A stretch of 38,233 bases of DNA from Paracoccaceae bacterium (GTDB lineage: Bacteria > Pseudomonadota > Alphaproteobacteria > Rhodobacterales > Rhodobacteraceae). The notes beneath the pieces are model-generated. The model searched no databases and was not told the DNA's origin. It saw only the letters and a program-made list of their open reading frames with translations. The DNA is taken from positions 1 to 38,233 of the forward strand of contig JBLHMX010000001.1 of the NCBI GenBank assembly GCA_047622625.1. The letters are read 5' to 3'. Positions 35,696 to 38,233 of this stretch are shown one piece after another (position 1 is the first letter of the stretch; each line of letters opens with the position of its first letter). The translations under genes and the position numbers were made by a program.

Positions 35696-36487
35696 ATGAA
35701 AATCGCCACATTTAACATCAATGGCATTAAAGCGCGGCTTGAGCGTTTGATTGAATGGCTGCCAGAAAGCGGCGTTGACGTAGCGTTATTACAAGAAATT
35801 AAATCGATGGACGAGACCTTTCCACGCGAAGTTTTTGAAGACCTTGGGTATATCGTCGAAACCCACGGTCAAAAGTCGTTTAACGGGGTCGCGATCCTTT
35901 CAAAACTGCCGCTAGAAGATGTTGTTCGTGGCCTGCCAGGCGATGAAACGGATGAACAAGCCCGCTGGATTGAGGCAACGGTAATCGGCGAAGTGCCGGT
36001 GCGGGTTTGCGGGCTATATCTACCAAACGGCAACCCCGTAGGCGAAGATTTGCAGGGATCAAAGTACCTTTACAAACTTGCATGGATGGAACGTCTAGAA
36101 GCACGCGCCCGTGAACTGATGGCCTTAGAAGAACCGTTTCTGATGGCTGGGGATTACAACATTATTCCGCAAGATGAAGACGCGCATAACCCCGATAAAT
36201 GGCGCGGTGACGCGTTGTTTTTGCCGCAAAGTCGCGCTGCATATCAACGTATTCTGAACCTTGGTTTCACCGAAGCTTTTCGCGCCCTTGATCCGGCACC
36301 GTTGAATTACACGTTTTGGGATTTTCAGGCAGGCGCTTGGAACAAAAACGACGGTATCCGCATCGATCATTTTCTGATGTCGCCCCAATGTGCCGATCTG
36401 TTGAACGATTGCCAGATTGATCGCCATATGCGCGGTCGCGAGCGACATTCGGACCATGTGCCGATCTGGGTGGAACTGGCGGCCTAA
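35696..36487 (+). CDS. xthA: exodeoxyribonuclease III
   Basis: MKIATFNINGIKAR...LQEIK...and C-terminal RIDHFLMS...SDHVPIW motifs. Confidence 0.92.
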   Translation: MKIATFNINGIKARLERLIEWLPESGVDVALLQEIKSMDETFPREVFEDLGYIVETHGQKSFNGVAILSKLPLEDVVRGLPGDETDEQARWIEATVIGEVPVRVCGLYLPNGNPVGEDLQGSKYLYKLAWMERLEARARELMALEEPFLMAGDYNIIPQDEDAHNPDKWRGDALFLPQSRAAYQRILNLGFTEAFRALDPAPLNYTFWDFQAGAWNKNDGIRIDHFLMSPQCADLLNDCQIDRHMRGRERHSDHVPIWVELAA

Positions 36488-36576
36488 ATCCTGACTACGG
36501 CATCGCTGACATTCATGACATCTGAATAATCGCCTGCATTCAACGACCTGACTTTTTATCGGGAAACTGGCTGGAA

Positions 36577-37770
36577 TCAATCGCCCTTGGTCACATCAAC
36601 CCCGTAAAGCCAGTCAAACCGCCCTAACATACGTTCCGGGCTGATCGCGTTTGCCACGCGCATTCCTTTGTGTAGCATCGCACGCATTGGTGCGCCCATA
36701 TGGTAAATTCCAGTATTGCTATCTGCTGCTTTAACAATGCGTTTAACTCGGGCTTCACGGCGGTCCTGATAGACCTCAAAAGCGTCCTGCAGATTGTCGA
36801 TCCGATCCATTTCTTCGGCCAGAACCCAAGCATCTTCAAGGGCCATATTTGCACCTTGCGCCAAGTATGGCAGGGTCGGATGAGCCGCGTCGCCCATGAT
36901 TGCTGTGCCACTTTGATACCAGTTTTCGGCAACCGAATGGGCAAATAACCCCCATAAATGCACTTGGTCAACGACTGACAAAAGCCGCTTCACTTCGGGA
37001 TTAAAATCGGCAAACGCTGCGCGCAGGTTGTCGGGATCATCCTGATGGTTCCAACCTTCTTTGACCCAATCTTTGCGTTCTTGCACCGCGACAATATTAA
37101 TCAAACTTCCCCCGCGCACGGGATAGGTCACTAAATGACGCTTTGGTGCCATATAAACGGTAGCAACAGCTGGTACATCATAAAGCGGTAAGAAATCCGC
37201 CCGCACTGTGGCCCGCCAAGCAACATGGCCCGTAAAAACAGATTTCGTTTTGACGTTGAGCGCCTGACGGGTCAGCGACCGTATTCCATCTGCGCCGATC
37301 AGGATCTTGCACATCCTTTGTGTGCCGTCTTCTATCGGCAACGTGGCTTGATCAAAGCCAATAGCAACGCCGGAAACCTGTTTGCCGAAGATCAAACTAA
37401 CACCCAGCCGTTCGGCCTCGTGGGCCAGCATTTCGATAAGGTCAGCGCGGTGTAACAATAGATAAGGGTTCGGATTGCTATGATTAGCTTGCGTCATATC
37501 AAGGCGCACGACGGGATCACCGCCACGATAGTCCTTCAGCTCAACAGCCTTCAGTATCTGGCCGATTGCACGGACTTGTTCGCCCATATCAAGGGCATCC
37601 AGCACTGCGGTCCCGTTCGGTGTGAGTTGCAAGCCAGCACCGACTTCGCCCAACTCTGGGGCTTGATCCACAACAGAAACCCGCGCCCCGCGGCGTGCCA
37701 ACGCAATCGCTGCGGTTAGACCGCCGATGCCTGCGCCCAAAATCGTAATGCTTTTGCCTTTGACTGCCAT
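36577..37770 (-). CDS. FAD-dependent aromatic-ring monooxygenase (salicylate hydroxylase / UbiH-like family)
   Basis: ILGAGIGGLTAAIALARRG Rossmann motif, GADGIRS, and GDAAHPTLPYLAQGANMALEDA. Confidence 0.8.
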   Translation of the reverse strand: MAVKGKSITILGAGIGGLTAAIALARRGARVSVVDQAPELGEVGAGLQLTPNGTAVLDALDMGEQVRAIGQILKAVELKDYRGGDPVVRLDMTQANHSNPNPYLLLHRADLIEMLAHEAERLGVSLIFGKQVSGVAIGFDQATLPIEDGTQRMCKILIGADGIRSLTRQALNVKTKSVFTGHVAWRATVRADFLPLYDVPAVATVYMAPKRHLVTYPVRGGSLINIVAVQERKDWVKEGWNHQDDPDNLRAAFADFNPEVKRLLSVVDQVHLWGLFAHSVAENWYQSGTAIMGDAAHPTLPYLAQGANMALEDAWVLAEEMDRIDNLQDAFEVYQDRREARVKRIVKAADSNTGIYHMGAPMRAMLHKGMRVANAISPERMLGRFDWLYGVDVTKGD

Positions 37771-37781
37771 GATCCAACCTT

Positions 37782-37815
37782 AAACGCAAAACACCGGGAA
37801 TGTGAATCCCCGGCG
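37782..37815 (-). terminator. rho-independent terminator downstream of dksA
   Basis: Minus-strand RNA CGCCGGGG-AUUCACAU-UCCCGGUG (8-bp stem, 6 Watson-Crick pairs plus 2 G-U), followed by UUUUGCGUUU. Confidence 0.55.
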
Positions 37816-37840
37816 TTGAAATCTTGTCAATCTGCGCGAC

Positions 37841-38233
37841 TTAATCGTCCCGATGAACCCGCTCTTTGCGCTCGTGGCGTTCTTGCGCCTCAAGGCTAAG
37901 GGTCGCAATGGGGCGTGCTTGCAGACGTTTTAGCGAAATAGGCTCGCCCGTGTCTTCGCAATATCCGTACGAGCCATCATCAATGCGGCGCAGCGCTTGA
38001 TCGATTTTTGAAACAACTTTGCGTTCGCGATCCCGCGTACGCAATTCAAGCGCACGGTCAGTTTCTTCAGAAGCGCGATCAGCAACATCAGGGATATTGC
38101 GCGTGCCTTCCTGCATGCCCTCGATCGTGTCGCGATTGCCTTCCAGAATATTGGCTTTCCAGTCGGTCAATTTCTGGCGAAAAAATTCTTGCTGGCGTTC
38201 GTTCATGAACGGCTCATCATCAAGTGGTGAATA
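37841..38233 (-). CDS. dksA: RNA polymerase-binding transcription factor DksA (5' end beyond the window)
   Basis: The open frame continues upstream of the listed ATG to the window edge (YSPLDDEPFMNERQQEFF). It has the coiled-coil tip DVADRAS and C-terminal YGYCEDTGEPISLKRLQARPIATL. Confidence 0.88.
   Translation of the reverse strand, partial: YSPLDDEPFMNERQQEFFRQKLTDWKANILEGNRDTIEGMQEGTRNIPDVADRASEETDRALELRTRDRERKVVSKIDQALRRIDDGSYGYCEDTGEPISLKRLQARPIATLSLEAQERHERKERVHRDD

Overview
The window looks like ordinary core chromosome from a moderate-GC alphaproteobacterium. The gene order is Rhodobacterales/Rhizobiales-like (inference from synteny only). It is densely coding, with about 40 genes.

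Left to right:
- a disrupted GNAT gene
- a tetR plus sterol-desaturase-family pair
- an eight-gene leucine/isovalerate catabolic (liu) operon on the minus strand: ivd, DUF1311, mccB, nitronate monooxygenase, mccA, GST, HMG-CoA lyase, methylglutaconyl-CoA hydratase
- a divergent MmgE/PrpD-family gene
- HAD phosphatase, glmU, glmS, an AlkD-like alkylation repair gene
- an acyl-CoA synthetase, a lipoprotein, moaA, an OlsB-like N-acyltransferase, msrB, bamE
- the conserved block yceD-rpmF-plsX-fabH-ihfA-merR-tRNA-Pro(GGG)
- a long-form dCTP deaminase, then scpB-scpA-nagZ-SPOR-argS, dgt-like, erpA, a cytochrome c, xthA, an FAD monooxygenase, and a 5'-truncated dksA

I see no CRISPR array, transposase, integrase, phage genes or obvious defence island. 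I do not find a convincing new multi-gene system.

The best leads are regulatory and contextual:
1. A 26-nt palindromic operator, identical at 23 of 26 positions, sits at the same distance upstream of both ivd and a distant acyl-CoA synthetase gene. This predicts a shared regulon.
2. Three unexpected genes (DUF1311/LprI, nitronate monooxygenase, GST) are embedded in the liu operon with very tight spacing.
3. A GNAT gene is broken exactly at its acetyl-CoA-binding motif.
4. An 8-4-8 inverted repeat covers the tetR start codons.
5. A perfect 18-bp palindrome lies in a convergent intergenic region.

All product calls rest on reading motifs in the supplied translations. No database search was possible.
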